Origin: Antedon mediterranea
Taxonomy: Eukaryota > Animalia > Echinodermata
DNA: 64,000 nt
Direction: 5' to 3'
Assembly: GCF_964355755.1 (NCBI RefSeq)
Contig: NC_092675.1
Location: 23,284,912 to 23,348,911, forward strand
Shown here: positions 48,601-63,100 of the stretch, piece by piece
Layout of the letters: every line of letters starts with the position of its first letter
How positions within the stretch are numbered: the stretch's first letter is position 1
The notes under the pieces: model-generated
Databases searched by the model: none
What the model was told of the DNA's origin: nothing
The model's input: only the letters and a program-made list of their open reading frames with translations
Made by a program: the position numbers and the translations under genes

Positions 48601-51600
48601 CGAGTTAGAACATTAGCTTTTGATGGCTTTCCTATATTCCGTTAGCTTAAGTTATTCATTATAAACAAAATGTATAGAAAAGGTAAGCATCTATACATTG
48701 AATCCTCTACATCGTATATAAAAAATCCTTATATACAACCATGGGGGATTTCCCGCATATTCATTCTCATTATGTGTTACGACAGGGAAATATTCCATAG
48801 TGACATAAAGCAGTATAAAGCGAGTTTCATCTGTCTGTGACTATTCGGCAGAAAGGTTTTTGCCGCTTAAATTAAACCAAAATTAGTGAAAGTGGTCCAA
48901 ACGACCTTCCGATAACCTGCTGTTAATAACACATGTTCAATCCGTGATATTACGCTCCGATTTACACACGAACCCATTGTACAGAATTTGGAATGTGATA
49001 ATGATTTTATCCGGCTATACGAATTACGGACTTCGAGTCAGTGTGAACGTACATTCTAGAATATACCGATGTCGAGGTTTGTTCAGCTTGGCCTACATTG
49101 TAGCTAAGAAAATGTATACTGTATATCTATATACAGTGTAGCATAGGTGAAATTAAAAAAAAATAAATTACGATAACGTTATCAAATTCAAATTCAAATT
49201 CAAATAAACATTTATTTCTTTCATTCATATTTGAGTAAAAAAACATTATAATTTCTGATATTTTATAAATAAATATATATATATATTTTTTTTTTAGAGA
49301 TATAATACAATAAATCATAATGTATAAAAGGATGATTCAGTTATATACAAAATGAAAGAGGCAAAAAACCCAAGAAAGTATCGATCAATTGGAAAAAAAA
49401 AATCCAATTGAAACTTGTATGTTGGGAAGCCATGTAAGAAGATTATATACTTATATATATAAATGTAAACATATAACTACACAAACACATATAGATCAAC
49501 AGACACACACACAATCAGAATCAAACATGAAGATGACATTTTTGGAATACAAGATACACTATAACATTTAAAAGAAAATTAGACATTGAAATTAGAAGTG
49601 CGGTGCGCGCATTTTTTAAATTTGCATAACTTTGACAAAAGATGAAAAACTGTTTTTTAACTTTAACTGGCCATATTATGATAACGTCACAACATCCGAT
49701 AGGCACAATTTTTTATATTTCATATCTACATTTGCAGCTTTCACAATAAGTTATAAACATCAAGATCATTATACAGTCGGTGAAATTACATGACCCAAGT
49801 TGGTCTGGACATCGGTGGACATCGGTATCTTTACAATGTTCTACATTTGTTCTTATTTTTTGACATTATAACATGGGTGTTCTTAAAATTGAGGGAGCCA
49901 AACATAAAAGGTATGAGACCAACACAGGTGGCGTAAGCCAGAGGGAAAACAATGTAATGGTGTGCACTAAGGCACTGACACAGTCTTAGGGTCGTTTCAA
50001 CGACATCAGATGCATTGTTGTTGCCTCATGATGTGGTGGAAAGACGTATAATTATGTGAACCCCAAAAACAGTAGCTTGCATTGCTTTAAATCTATTCCA
50101 CCAAATGAACGTTCCGACCAGCGAGGGATTCGAACCCACGACATTCGTGTTACTAACTTACACTTTTACTTGTTTATAGATAGGTTAATACGGTACTAAT
50201 TTCGTAGCCTCAAAATGAAGTTCATAAATATGCATATTTATGACGTAACGATGAACGTATAAATAGACTATTTTCAGCTGTCTAGTCATGTACTTTGTGG
50301 CGTAACGGGTATTGATCTGTTTTGAAAAATCTCCGGTTTAAATCGCGGATATGTTTTCCCTTTTTTCCTCTCTTTTTTTTAAACTGAAAATATTTTCTTT
50401 TATTTTAAAAGAGAGATATTTAGAGGGTTACGTTAATTTTAGATAAGCTATCTTTGCGATTTCCACCGTCATAAATGCATAGTCAACTGTCATTATGCAT
50501 GCATAATCACTATATCTATTTACAGTAAAGGCTATTTATTATAGGGTTTGCCACCGCGGCCTGTTGGCAACCGCCTTCTGTCACATCAAAAATTCATACA
50601 AAATAAAGGCAAATTTTCCACAAATCTGCATGAACGAGTCTTGCACCACAACCTGGAAATTGACAACCGTTAGCGGCGCCAGACCCATTAAATTTAAATT
50701 TCATGTAACTAATACCCCTTCCCCATTCCCCCTCTCATCTCTTGATTGATTTTTTTTTTCACTAGCGGAAATATCGTTTTCAGACACCAGACTGTACACA
50801 AATACCGATAATGATCAAACCTCGCCTCGTCCCGATCATATCCGGCAAACTTTGTTTATATAACCCGTTATTTGTTTCTGGGTATATTCATGTGGTTTTC
50901 TTTGTTTACCGGCAATTTACAGACAACAACCGACAGTACATTTTTACTATCTTAATGCGCGCTTCAATTTGTACCTACGAACAATTAAATTCACACTTGG
51001 CCTATCTTGTTGAATACTTCAACAAATCCTAGAAATCAAATAGTTATTACGGTCAGAAATTGCTATGCCTAGTACTGTACTGTCAATTAAAGTTATCAAA
51101 ATGATCAGTTTCATGTTTGAATGGTGTGACCAATTGGCATATATAGGCTATACATGATTCAATAATAAGAAATACATTTTTTTATACAGTGAAAGCGACT
51201 ATTAAATTATTTTATACCAATTTATGTTCTGAAACAAACAATATTTCAACATGTAAATCGATTTAAGTGTGCGTTTTTGTTATATATTGTAATAATTAAT
51301 ATTATGGGTATTATTAATGAGTGTATTTTTGATTATGTATCATATGTGAACTCTACATCAACTTTAAAACGACGATGTAGACTGTTCGTCAACTTTAACC
51401 TGAAACGTCATTTTATCTGTTGCGGAATAGACTATTGTTCTTACCTTGCCAAGAAAGGAAATAGTAGAGATAGATCGGTACAAGAAGGTTTCAGCTGAAG
51501 TATTTAGGTATACTGTATTCTATTTTCAGGTCATATTCATTTTTTTCGTGTTTCGTGGTCTTTATTACATCCTTTTGTAATTAATGTTTACATTTTTGTG

Positions 51601-51692
51601 ACGGTAAGAATAGAAAAATAAGTAGTTGCTTATTTTTGTCTTATTAGACTTGGACCTTTTGTCGGACCAAGGAGCGATATTCGGCACTGTCA

Positions 51693-54415
51693 ATGAGGAC
51701 CGAAGGAGAGGAGTTGAGAGGGCCTGGTACGGCGTCTGTGAGCAATCTGGAGGCAAACGATGATGAAGAAGAAAATTCACCTAGGGCTTGTTGTTTCTGT
51801 TGGTGTTGGTGCTGCTCGTGTCGATGGTACGTAGTACATGGTCGATCATGCTGCCGACTGAATAGCAGTTGCAAAGCAGATAACTTGACACCGGCTGGAG
51901 TTTCGTTACAGAAATGTGAAGTCGGTGCCGAGAGGTAACATAATTAAACCGTTTAGTAAGATTTAATTGTAACAAAATCTATTTCACTGACAGCAGTGAA
52001 AATATTTCATTTTTAACTGTGCGATTAATTTTTACTCAACATCATCCAATACCGTACAAAGTTTTCCATAACATGATTAGTATGATGATTACAAAAAATA
52101 CAATAACATAAAGATTGTTGATATTTAATTGTTATATTGTATTCTGGTTGTTTACAGTTTAACAATGAGTCCAAGTGAGACTTCAGCATTACCAGCTTCT
52201 ATGCAGACCAATTATGCGTAAGTATAGAGGCCTATTTCAACTAAAAAGGAAGAAAACAAAGTATAGGCCTATAGACAGCCTACATAAGTTGATATGCATT
52301 AGCATAAAGCTCTGTCTACACTATCAAACTTTATGTGACAAAAAATTGTGATGTGCCCATATATGGACATGATGATGTCATACCACTACCATGTTTGAGG
52401 ACATTACTACCATATTTGGAAACATCACATTTTGTCAAAATAGTTTGATAGTGTAGACAGAGCTTAACTATAAATAAACCGTGTTTACTCTAATGACCCT
52501 ATACTAAATTACTTTAATTATATTTGACCTTTAAGCCCAACTTGTGAACTCTTGAGGCACCAGTCCTACTCATAAAATTGTAAAAAAAATGTGTACTACC
52601 GTTGTCACTATTCATACTTAAGGGAATTAGAGTTGGGCAGCAACACATAATACCAATTAACCAATCAAGCAGTTCGGATACAGTCACGTGTGTAATAATA
52701 TCGAATATTTGAAAGTATGCGTATTACCCAGTCTGTTATAGTATATGCAAATAGATAATAAATATATTTCGTTGTTGCAGTCCGACGGAAGATGAGTTAC
52801 GGGCGTGGAGTCGTAGTTTTGATACGATGGTGAGAAGCACCAGTAAGTATTATCAGTCTTCCTTTTTATAATCTGAACGAAACTACGCATGCAGTAGACA
52901 ACCAAGCGAATTTTTACACACAATGGCCGTGTTTCCGCAGCCAAAACAAATTATCGTGCGCAAATGCCCAATCAGATCGCAACAATTTGTTCTTCGGGTC
53001 AAAGGTTAAACATTATCGCATTTATCCGATAATTATCTGATTTGAATTAAAAAATTATCGGATTTTCTCTAGTGGAATCGGTTATACCCCGTTTCGAGAG
53101 GCAGTTTGTCGATTATTTTTTGTCTGCGGAAACACGGCGAATGTATAACTGGTAATGGAAACATTTAAATCAGTTTCAAAAATATGTTAGATCAGATTTC
53201 CCGACCTTGATTTGATTGAGATATTTTTTCATTCTGATCTCTATTTATATGATAACTGTAAACTTTTGAAAAATAGGAATTTTAAGGAAGAATTAATTGG
53301 AGCTGTAGTAACTACGTAATGTTTAAATACTATTTACAAAGTGTTTATTCTTATAGATGGATTACGGGCATTTAGAGAATTTCTGTGTTCAGAATACAGC
53401 GAAGAAAATTTAATGTTTTGGTTAGCATGCGAAGAGTTGCATACACTATCTGAGGCAGTCAAGATTGAGGAACGAGCTCGCATTATGTATGAAGATTATA
53501 TCTCAATATTATCACCTAAAGAGGTAGGTTATAATCACTTTGGCTTTAACTAACAATTAAGGGTCTAAGTTTAAGGACTTGTGTGTCCGTAGCGATTGGA
53601 GAGACGCCGTGGATGAAACGATAATGTGCTCCGAACGTGTTCACATAAGGTAGTGGGCTCAAAATTAGCCAATATTTCTGGATTGAATTTTGGCCTATTT
53701 AAGGCTACTGCTGTGGTGAAGTCTCGGTGGAAGTTTATGGCCGGGATGGGAGAACAATTCCTTGAAATAATGTATGTACTTTAATCAGTATGGAGTACAG
53801 GGAGTGAGTGGCCGAGCGGTTAAGACAGTGGAACCGTAATTACGTAGCCATAACATCGGCAGGGGTTCGAGGCTCACTCACTCCGTGGTTCTGGTGGTAG
53901 AACGAGTCTTCTCGGATAAGGACTATAAACCGTAGGTCCAGTGTACACATCTAGCTCGTGTGCACTTTAAAGAACCTAGTACATCTTTCGAGACGAGTAG
54001 GGGGTTACCCCGATGTATTAGTACATTACAGCCACTGATCACCAACTGGGTCCTCTGGGAGACCAGTCTTTGACTGAAGAGGTTACCCAGTATAAATATA
54101 TATTCAATCGATATGCTGGCATAGGCCTATGTTTCTTAAGATTATATCGAAGTTGACTTCGAAACCGTTCTATTATGATTGTTTTTCATATTGCAATTAT
54201 TTTGTTTACCATTCTGATTTCAGGTTAGTTTGGATTCAAGAGTCCGTGAAATTGTGAATCGCAACATGGTAGACCCGACAGTGTACACGTTTGACGAAGC
54301 ACAGAAACAAATATATACCCTTATGCAAAGAGACTCTTTTCCTAGGTTTTTAAATTCCAAACTCTACAAATCGCTGCTGCTAAAATCTCAATCTCAGCCT
54401 CAAGGGAATTGCTAG
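51693..54415 (+). CDS. RGS17/19/20: Regulator of G-protein signalling, RZ subfamily (RGS17/19/20-like); exons 51648-51826, 52158-52217, 52781-52842, 53357-53523, 54224-54415; may start upstream at 41847
   Basis: Cysteine string RACCFCWCWCCSCRCLT. RGS domain: PTEDELRAWSRSFD, FREFLCSEYSEENLMFWLACEEL, YEDYISILSPKEVSLDSRVRE, FDEAQKQIYTLMQRDSFPRFLNS. Phases are consistent. Confidence 0.93.
52308..52464. mobile_element. Harbinger/Tourist-like MITE in an RGS intron
   Basis: Perfect TIR agctctgtctacactatcaaact with TAA on both sides. Confidence 0.85.
53800..54110 (+). mobile_element. tRNA-derived DeuSINE in the last RGS intron
   Basis: Same A-box, B-box and central Deu-like block as 16826-17210, with a different 3' end. 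Confidence 0.85.
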
Positions 54416-54629
54416 ATGGAACTTAGTGGATTGTTGTACAAAGTGGACAAGAATTGGCAAAGTTGCCATACGAAGAGAGCTTTCACTGACAACTCAGGTT
54501 CTGCTAGTTGTGTTTTATAAGACGTCGACTATCGCATTATGGATATCAAGTTATTTCAACCGTAATGTTGTTGCAAAGAATTGTCAAGGATTGAGCGAGG
54601 ATTATACACGTTTGTGAGCAAGATTTAAC

Positions 54630-54975
54630 GCGTTTATGAATGTAAATCCAATGCGTTCGATGGATGATTCGATGCGTTTGAATAAATTCACATTCGTTAG
54701 GCATTTGTGATGGATAATTCAGTGCCGTTTGGCGAGAATTCAATGTTGTATGGAGAAAATGTGTTGCGTTTGAGCGACATTTATTTACGATTGTAATTCA
54801 ATGCATTTGACAGATAATTCTACGCAAAAATGTTGAGCTACAGTTAGAAGAATGTGTTTGGGTGTTAAACCAATGCATTCAAACGAGAATTCAATGCGTT
54901 TAAGTATGAATTCAAAGCGTTTCAGCAAAAATGCAATGCGTTTAATCGTAAATCTAGTACGTTTGAATTCAATCA
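54630..54975. repeat. Degenerate ~21-bp tandem repeat downstream of the RGS stop
   Basis: Recurrent aattcaatgcgtt-like core, at about 21-bp spacing in 54866-54965. Confidence 0.55.
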
Positions 54976-55912
54976 CGCATTAGCTTCATCATTTATCATC
55001 AGAATACGTTTGCACATCAGGTATTACCATTTAAAAAAATTATCTTTGCTTGAAAACGATAAGACGAGAAATTCGATAACAAATCGATGAGTGAAGACAA
55101 AAATTATTTCTTTTCTAAATATTGTTTTTGACGACAAATATTTTCCACGTTAACTTAATCTATAGGTACCAAGTCAGTACGCTAACACACTTCCATTTTA
55201 CTAACAATTATGGTTACACTCGCATCCATACAGTAGTTCGGCCAATCCAGTTGGTTTTAATGATTTTACATTACGCAAGCATATTTTTGACAGTCATTGT
55301 ATTACAATATCGGCAACTGGAATTATACAATGGAAACATGTCACTTATTTAAACAAATAGGGAAATGATGATTGTTTTAACAATACAACAACCCTCACAA
55401 AAACAGGATAATAGTATAGGAAATAACCAGGGAGTTGTTATTAAACAACTCCCTGAAATAACTTTCATACAGCACTGTGTGATACGATCTGTTGTATACA
55501 ATGGGCGCGTGTAACCATTGTGACTGTATGCCTGTTTGACGTTTTCGTATTGAGTAATTTTACTATTTTTTACTCAGAAAACGACACATTTGGAACCATG
55601 AATATTCTACCTGATGGTGTTTTTATAGGCCCATAGTGTGTTAGAAAATAATACAATCAATTATTTTCTTAGATACATTTTATTTGAATTTTAATACTAT
55701 ACGTAAAATGTTTTAATATTACTACGTTTTAAAATTTAGTATAAGAAACTTTAAACAAAAATGTAAATGCTTCCAGTTAAACTTTTTACTATCATAAAAC
55801 ATTACAAACTAAATCAGTGTAGCTAAATAGTGTATAGATATAGGTCAGAGTGAATTATTCTTGTTAGTAACTGTTGATATGTGTAGTTAATTTTATTCAG
55901 ACAGTATTGTTA

Positions 55913-56062
55913 AGCCTAACACTATCAAACTTTATCTGTCAAAAAAAGTGATGTGCCCATATATGGACATAATGATGTAATATCACTACCATATTTAAGC
56001 ATAGCACTACCATATACGGGCACTTTTTTGGCACATAAAGTTTGATAGTGTAGACAAGGCTT
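55913..56062. mobile_element. Second, more decayed copy of the 52308-52464 MITE
   Basis: Shares acactatcaaacttt, gtgatgtgcccatatatggaca and agtttgatagtgtagaca. Confidence 0.75.
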
Positions 56063-57517
56063 TAATTTTACAATCAAATATTATTATGATCTTCGGTGGA
56101 ATATAGGTGCTTTACTACTGGTGCTAAACCGTAGCCTTACCTTATCTAATTTATTAAATTGATGCGTGCGTTCTGGTACGAATTACGTTATTCATTACGT
56201 CAACGTTGATTTTTCGTAGTTGTCATTCATGGTTTGACAAAACGGTACCACATCTTTAATATTCGTTTCGAATACCATCATGATACTAACCAACGAAGAA
56301 CGCCGCCGAATTATGTGGAAACTGAGCTTTGTATTCCCGATAGACCTCCTTAACTATATTTTAAATAGATAATGAATGTTTATGAACGAATTAAATGTGA
56401 ACAATGTTCATTAGTTGGAATTCATTGTTCTATTCGACATGGATTCATGCTTTCTACGAATACAAATATTACCTATCAACAAATACAAAACTTTCATTAT
56501 TTATTATTTATATAATGCATTGATGACACCCGATTTTCTCTGTGCTTTATCTTCACATTTTTGTCCAGTATCATAGGAAAATTCCATAATACAGCCCCTC
56601 ATGGCATCACATGTTATGACTGTATCATGTAAGGTTAGTATAAGGGTTAGGTTATGGTCTAAACATGTGATGTATCACGGTATTTTCATGTGATACTGGA
56701 CAAATTTTAATACAGTACCTGGAATCGGTTAGTTTTGGAAGTACTGTACGGTGACCGCTAAAATCCTACCGAGCCTTCGTGCCACTCCGATAAATATTTT
56801 ATTAATCTACCCTTGTATACATTACCGGTGAGATATTAAATGTGTTACATAAATACCGTAGCCTGTGTATATACGAGAACGTGATCGGTCGACATGGCAT
56901 CACATGAATCGAAACGTTTTATTGTCCGGTCGGTAGATGAAAATATTGACCGTAATCTTGCGTCATTGGATACGCTTCTGGAAATGTAATCCTTCGAGAA
57001 AAATAATATAATTCCTATGATCTTCAATGTTATATTACACTTCGAAACAGGCAATATCTGTATGGTAGTATTATAATATTACAGTAAATTCATGTGTGAA
57101 ATGGTACTGCCATTGTTAAAACGCAATTTCTGGTGCTATTGCAGAGAAAGTGTAATAACATTTGTACTTAACAAAACGTACCATCATTAATTGTTGGGAT
57201 AATACAAAATATATACAGAAAAATCCTTTAGAAGATGACTGATTTTATGAAATATGACGTTACACTTTATTAGGGTTCAGATTTTACTCATACACATCAT
57301 TAGATCACATGAATATTTCGAGTAATGTTTTGAACAGCATTTTAGTTGTTAGAAATATATTTTCTTGAATCAAGATCAAGTGCTGTGTAAAACCATCAAG
57401 ACACTTACCATTGTTGTAAACATTTTTCCGTAGCCCGAATTATTTTATAATTTTAAGCATACCAACTAGGGAAGAAAGGGTACTGTAAATACATGCAAGT
57501 ATCATTAGTATCATTTA

Positions 57518-57916
57518 AGGCCAATTTACACAGACGAGTGGTACAGTAATTTGTAAGTGGAAAACAACAATAAAGAATATATGTTACTCTTTATTATATT
57601 TCATGTGCAATTACACAAAACGCAGAGCGGAAGGGCGGTGAGCGGAAACCCACTTAGGATAGGTACAGTTTCTACGTGGGACAAGCAAGTGGTTTTCCCG
57701 CTAAAGCTTGGTTCCCACTAGAACGTAACGCAAGGACGTAAACGCAACGCAAGCATTTTAACCAATGACAAGCGAAGTTATAGACAGTTAGCAATCACAA
57801 GCGAATAAGCCATCGCTTGTGATTGGTCAATTCACTTGCGTTGCGTTACGTTCTTGCGTTGCGTCGCTAGTGAGAACCACGCTTTACCGTTACCGCTCAT
57901 CAGTTTAAATTGGCCT
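57518..57916. mobile_element. Older Harbinger-like MITE, host of a nested element
   Basis: Imperfect TIR aggccaatttacacagacgagtggta / taccgctcatcagtttaaattggcct. Confidence 0.55.
57705..57883. mobile_element. Harbinger-like palindromic MITE nested in 57518-57916
   Basis: agcttggttcccactag..aacgcaagg..cgcaacgcaag mirrored by cttgcgttgcg..ctagtgagaaccacgct; TAA/TTA flanks. Confidence 0.75.
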
Positions 57917-60187
57917 GTCATCATTTATGATAACCAACCAGTTTCTTTCTTTTGTTAAAATTAACATTATTAAAATCAGACATATATTTATACGGTATAA
58001 TGTAATATCGTTATGTCTTTTTACTACCGTTGGTATGTCTACACATGCCTGCAATTGAATTCAGTAGATATAGTTATTTTAGCGGTTTTTGTTCGGTTAA
58101 TAGGCCTACAGTATTAAAGTCCGATTCAGAAGTTTCCAATGTTCAGTAATATACACTGACATGATATTAAGAAAACATTATGTACCGGTGATCTTACTTA
58201 CCGGTAATATTACTAAAATGGGTTAAATTATGCTTTTTCTTAACTTTAATAATTTATAATGTATACACACAGTAGATTACTGTATAGACTTGCGTTCAAG
58301 TATGCCTACATTCGAACATTTCCACGAGAGAGCGGTAAGATTATAGAATGCTCTCTTTAGTCAGAGACTTAATAAAGAGCAAAACCATAGTTAATTTAAA
58401 ACCTCTTGGTGCCGACTTGTACGTATTTAATAGTGTTTTACTAAGATACGCTTTGCATACGTTTGTATACATGTTTTTATAATACGCCTATATACACACA
58501 TTAGTGTTGAAAGTTGATATAATAACTATTCTACATCGTTTATAGGCCCGAGTTTTCAACAAATTGGTATTTATCTTTCAATTATCAATGTCTTTGAAAT
58601 TTTGTTATTTTGAATTTTTTGATGTCAAAAGTTGTTCTTTGTAGAAATATGTGACGTCACAGTATATTGTTCAGTTTATGCTAATTAGTAAAATATGAAA
58701 ATAAAGACACTAGTCGTTAAACATGTTTATTATTTATTTATGTGGAATACAATGAACTGTTATGTTGATGTCTTTTAGTTCGTGTATACACCTGCGTACT
58801 CGCGCATTGTTAATTTTTAAGCTTTGCTAATGAAAATACTTTCAGAAGAAAATGCTTGTGATTTTGTTAATATGTCAGTTCATGCTCATGTGTGTGTCTA
58901 CAAAAATTATCAAGTTCTTCACATGAGTATATATAGAGAAAGACATCGCTACATGCAAAATTGCGTGCGTGTCCAACATAGAGAAAAAGAAGATTTCCAC
59001 ATTTTAGAGAAATCTGATTTTTTTTATAAATTGGACAGTTTTACACATCATTTTCGCTATTTTGAAGAAAATAGAATTGTCTCTATTTTGGACTCACCAA
59101 CTTCTCTCAATCAAAGGACATTGATCTAATATTATTGACAATAAAACTATTATTATCTAACTCAATTATTTACCTTCACAAATCTGATGATCATCAATAT
59201 TAACATCATTATAAAGAGAATAAACGGAATGTCATTTTCATGACAAATTACTTTTTCATCACCGGAAATCATTGGTGCTCAAATCATCATTCAAATATAT
59301 TCAACAAATATATACCCAGGGTAAGCCGCCAGTGTTTAACGAGTATTATAAGCCTGGTTGTTGAAGCGGAAATATGTAATTATGTTATTTTTAATATTCC
59401 GCTTAGGTCCTAAATAATAGATTGACTAGAAGTTGGTGACAATTTGTGACGTTTTGCAGCGTACAGACAACGATACATACAATAACTAGACTTTTAACTC
59501 GTCACAATAGTTAGTTGATCCGCGCTGACTACTTTTTTTAGGTATTTCTCCACTACACTTGTCGGTTCTTTAACAAAGCACTCGCTATGCTCAAGCTACC
59601 GACGATGACCACCATACATTATACAATTGCTTTTTAACCTCAGGTGGGAAGAAGGTTCTGTTCCTCATTTCCACAGCTTTTCTTATCTTCACAGATTATA
59701 AATTACTTAATCCAGTATGTCACAATCATATTTTTACTAAATTATATAATACAAAAATCTTCGGAGATCATGTCTAGCCAATTAAACTACAAGATATTGG
59801 GCGTATCAATGTGATCTATGTTGCATTGCATAGGGTACCTGAGAACTAGTTCTGCACCACCATTATTCATTCAATCTTTCGTACATATTTTATTCACATT
59901 TCATTTTTGTACATTAAATTAAAGCCTAATTTATTACTTACACAATAGCGTAGAAACATAGAAGACAATTGATAATCAAAATAGGTGTACCGCACAGATC
60001 ACACAAAAATTGTATGCTGCACTTCTTGTATTCATACAGTGCGATTATCCGCTTCAATAAAGATATAAAATCTTTGCGATTGTTGTTGGGTGACGTTAAG
60101 CTTTTGTGACTATGTAAATATTCTAACTGTACATGCTGTTCGATTGTGTGTGTTGTTCAGACGTAGATTAATAGGCCTACTGTCAAC

Positions 60188-63100
60188 ATGTTCTACATCA
60201 GAGTCGTTATTCTTTTTGCCACTGCTTTAGTTATATCACATGCTCAGGGTAAGTTGTTTTTCTTGTATTATGTAGTATAATATACATGTTGCTTTAAGGC
60301 TTAGTGATATCAGCTTCATTTTGTGAATACCGTAGGCCAGTTACAAACACAATAGGCCTTTGGTTGGTCTACACCTACTGGCACAACTTTGAGATTGTAG
60401 TTGCATACTCATTGCGTTTTACTAAAGGTATAGAGTCAACAGAGCCAGGTTGCTTAATTAGGCCTACGAGAAAGAACAAATTTAAGCTATGCCAAAACAT
60501 TATAATATTATAAACGGAGTTAACTGCCCAACCAGCTGATAACCTATTGAAAACAATTTTAAAGGGTTAAAATAGGCAAGAGAAGGATTTCACTCTTGCC
60601 TGGTTCAACCAGCCATCATACAGACAATCAATCAATGGTTATTTTTTTATTACTCTAGGCCCTAAACGTTTGCTAATTAATTAACACAACAATTATTCTT
60701 TGTGCCATGTCGTACGTACAAACTTTATTTCCTGCCATGACGTATACTAGGTACCAACAAAAAATACATTTTTTGCCATGACGCAGGCCTACTTTAAATA
60801 CTTTTTTATTTCCTGCAATGTCATACTCTAAAAACGTTACACTTCATCTTTGGTATTTCTGATGCGGTTCCATGCAGATGTATCTTCCACATTAAACATG
60901 CTACCATTCACTAGGCCTACTACCTTGATATGACTTTAGTGTTCAGCATAACTAACTTGGTACACGATATATCGGCTCTTAATCATGTAGACTACTTTCG
61001 TATTGTGTCCGATATGTTTTAATATAATAGTGTACGTTTAAATTCACATACAATACCGTTTTCTATATGGTGATTAATAACTACCTATTTCCTTTAATAA
61101 TATGTCCCCCTGAAAAAAAAGATTATTTTTTTTAATGTGCCATTTAAATTTCAAATAATAGTTATTCACTTTGACCAAAATTCGGATCGAAAGAATCAAT
61201 TACTCACCTGAAAAATTATAAATTTAAGCCAAAAAATTATTATAAATTGTCAGAAAATGTTTTGGTTAAATTTAACCCTTTGTCGTTTTATAAGTGATAT
61301 TATTTGTATATACATATATATTTCTGTGAAAGTGAATAGCTTATAACTATAACTACAAAATGGCCCATTCAAAGTCTGATTTATATAAATGTAGGCCTAC
61401 ATTTTTAATGTTTTTGAATGATAATACATCTAATGTATTTTATTCGGTGTAGTTTTGGGTAGTTTCTTAAAACCTAAAATTACTATTACAGTAGGCCTAG
61501 TTTTATTACGTATTTTTCATTGCTATTACTTTTTAGACGTACTCAACAGAGTCTACTATAAATGTTATTTAATAATTTTATTTTTGATAGTATAGGATCA
61601 TTGCCATTTTTACACAATATTTTGCTTGTTGACATTATACATTTACATATGATATTCACATCTGAAAAACAATGGTGTACAGTAGTTTTTTTTTGTTCAA
61701 ACAACTCTGATTTTTTCCCCAGTGAATGCATTGTAAAAATACTGATATTATCAATTTTACTTTATCATTAATCTGTAAAACAATTTATATACTGTTAAAA
61801 GTTTATCGGATTTTAAGAAAACACTGAGAGAACGGTATATAGTTGTATAAAACAACAAATTTAAATAAAGGTGTTTCTTGTTCCTGAAAGTGAATGAATT
61901 GTTAAATGCCGACCGATATTATCAATTTTACTTGTTATCGTTAATCTTTAAAACAATTGATTGACTGTTAAAAGTATCGGATTTAAACTAGGAGAACATA
62001 CAATTGTTACTATTAATAGTCTGTGAGACAGATATGTGAAGAAAAGAATGGTATAGTTTTATAAAACATATAATGGTTGCTGTTCGATAAAATGAATAAA
62101 CTGCCCAATGGTAAAACCGGTACACCGATTATATCAATTTTACATTCTTGTTAATCTATTTTAAATAATTAAAAGACTGTTAAAAGTTTATTGGATTTGA
62201 AGAACTTCTGAAACAGTCTATAGCCTGTGAGACCTACCGTACACGATATAAACAGTTACACACAGTGCTATTTAACATTACCACCCGAATAATAATAATA
62301 ATATTTTTATACAATAATAAGTGACCTCGTCATTTGGTCTATCATATGCTGTATACTTTAACTGCCTATCCCTCATTCCTTAGCATTGTAATGCTTTCGA
62401 GCGTACGGTATGAATACATACTATTATTTTTATTTGTGTGATATAGCAATTCACGGTTCTATAAGTCATAATAGATATTTTATTGTCGTACCAACTTTGT
62501 TATTCAAATATCAGGTTCATTGGAGTTTAGCAAGCATTAAACGTGTGTCTAGTATATTGTCGCTATTCTTTTAAAAACTTGTATCTCCTTTCTTTGCTGT
62601 AATTGAGTTATTGAGCCCAATATGTTGTCAGTGTTATTGTGCAAACAATGGTGACGTTTTTAGTTTCAACTGTGACCAATCAGAAATCAGAAAACTGTTT
62701 TATTTTCTGATCGTGATATTTTAAAGCTATAATCATAATGTCAGTATATGAAACAGCAAACGTTTTTATATAATTGTTTAATAATTCAATTTTACTTTAC
62801 GTTTTTTATATAATTGTTTAGAATCTTGTGTATTGTGTAATTCGTTATATATTTTACAAACAGAAAATACAATAAACATAAATGGTGAGGACGTAATGTT
62901 GTGTCCTACTGTAAAAATATGTCGATGGTTTTGTTGGTTTGAAAAAAAAGTGAATGTTAGGTTTTACATGGACATACCCGTATGCTATGTAGGCCTTCGC
63001 CTATTCTGCGTAGATTTAAAAAAAAAAACAGAAAATAATAATATAACATTTAATTTTTTTTCTTAATCTACCATAGTTTCTGAACAATGGAATATATCTA

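Noticed and set aside
50110-50160. Minus-strand B-box (ggttcgaatccc)
   Set aside because: It is an isolated fragment without a convincing A-box or acceptor stem, probably a decayed SINE head.
42000-51600. Many short ORFs of 60-90 aa
   Set aside because: They have AT-rich low-complexity translations with no motifs, and the region is best explained as the long first intron of the RGS gene.
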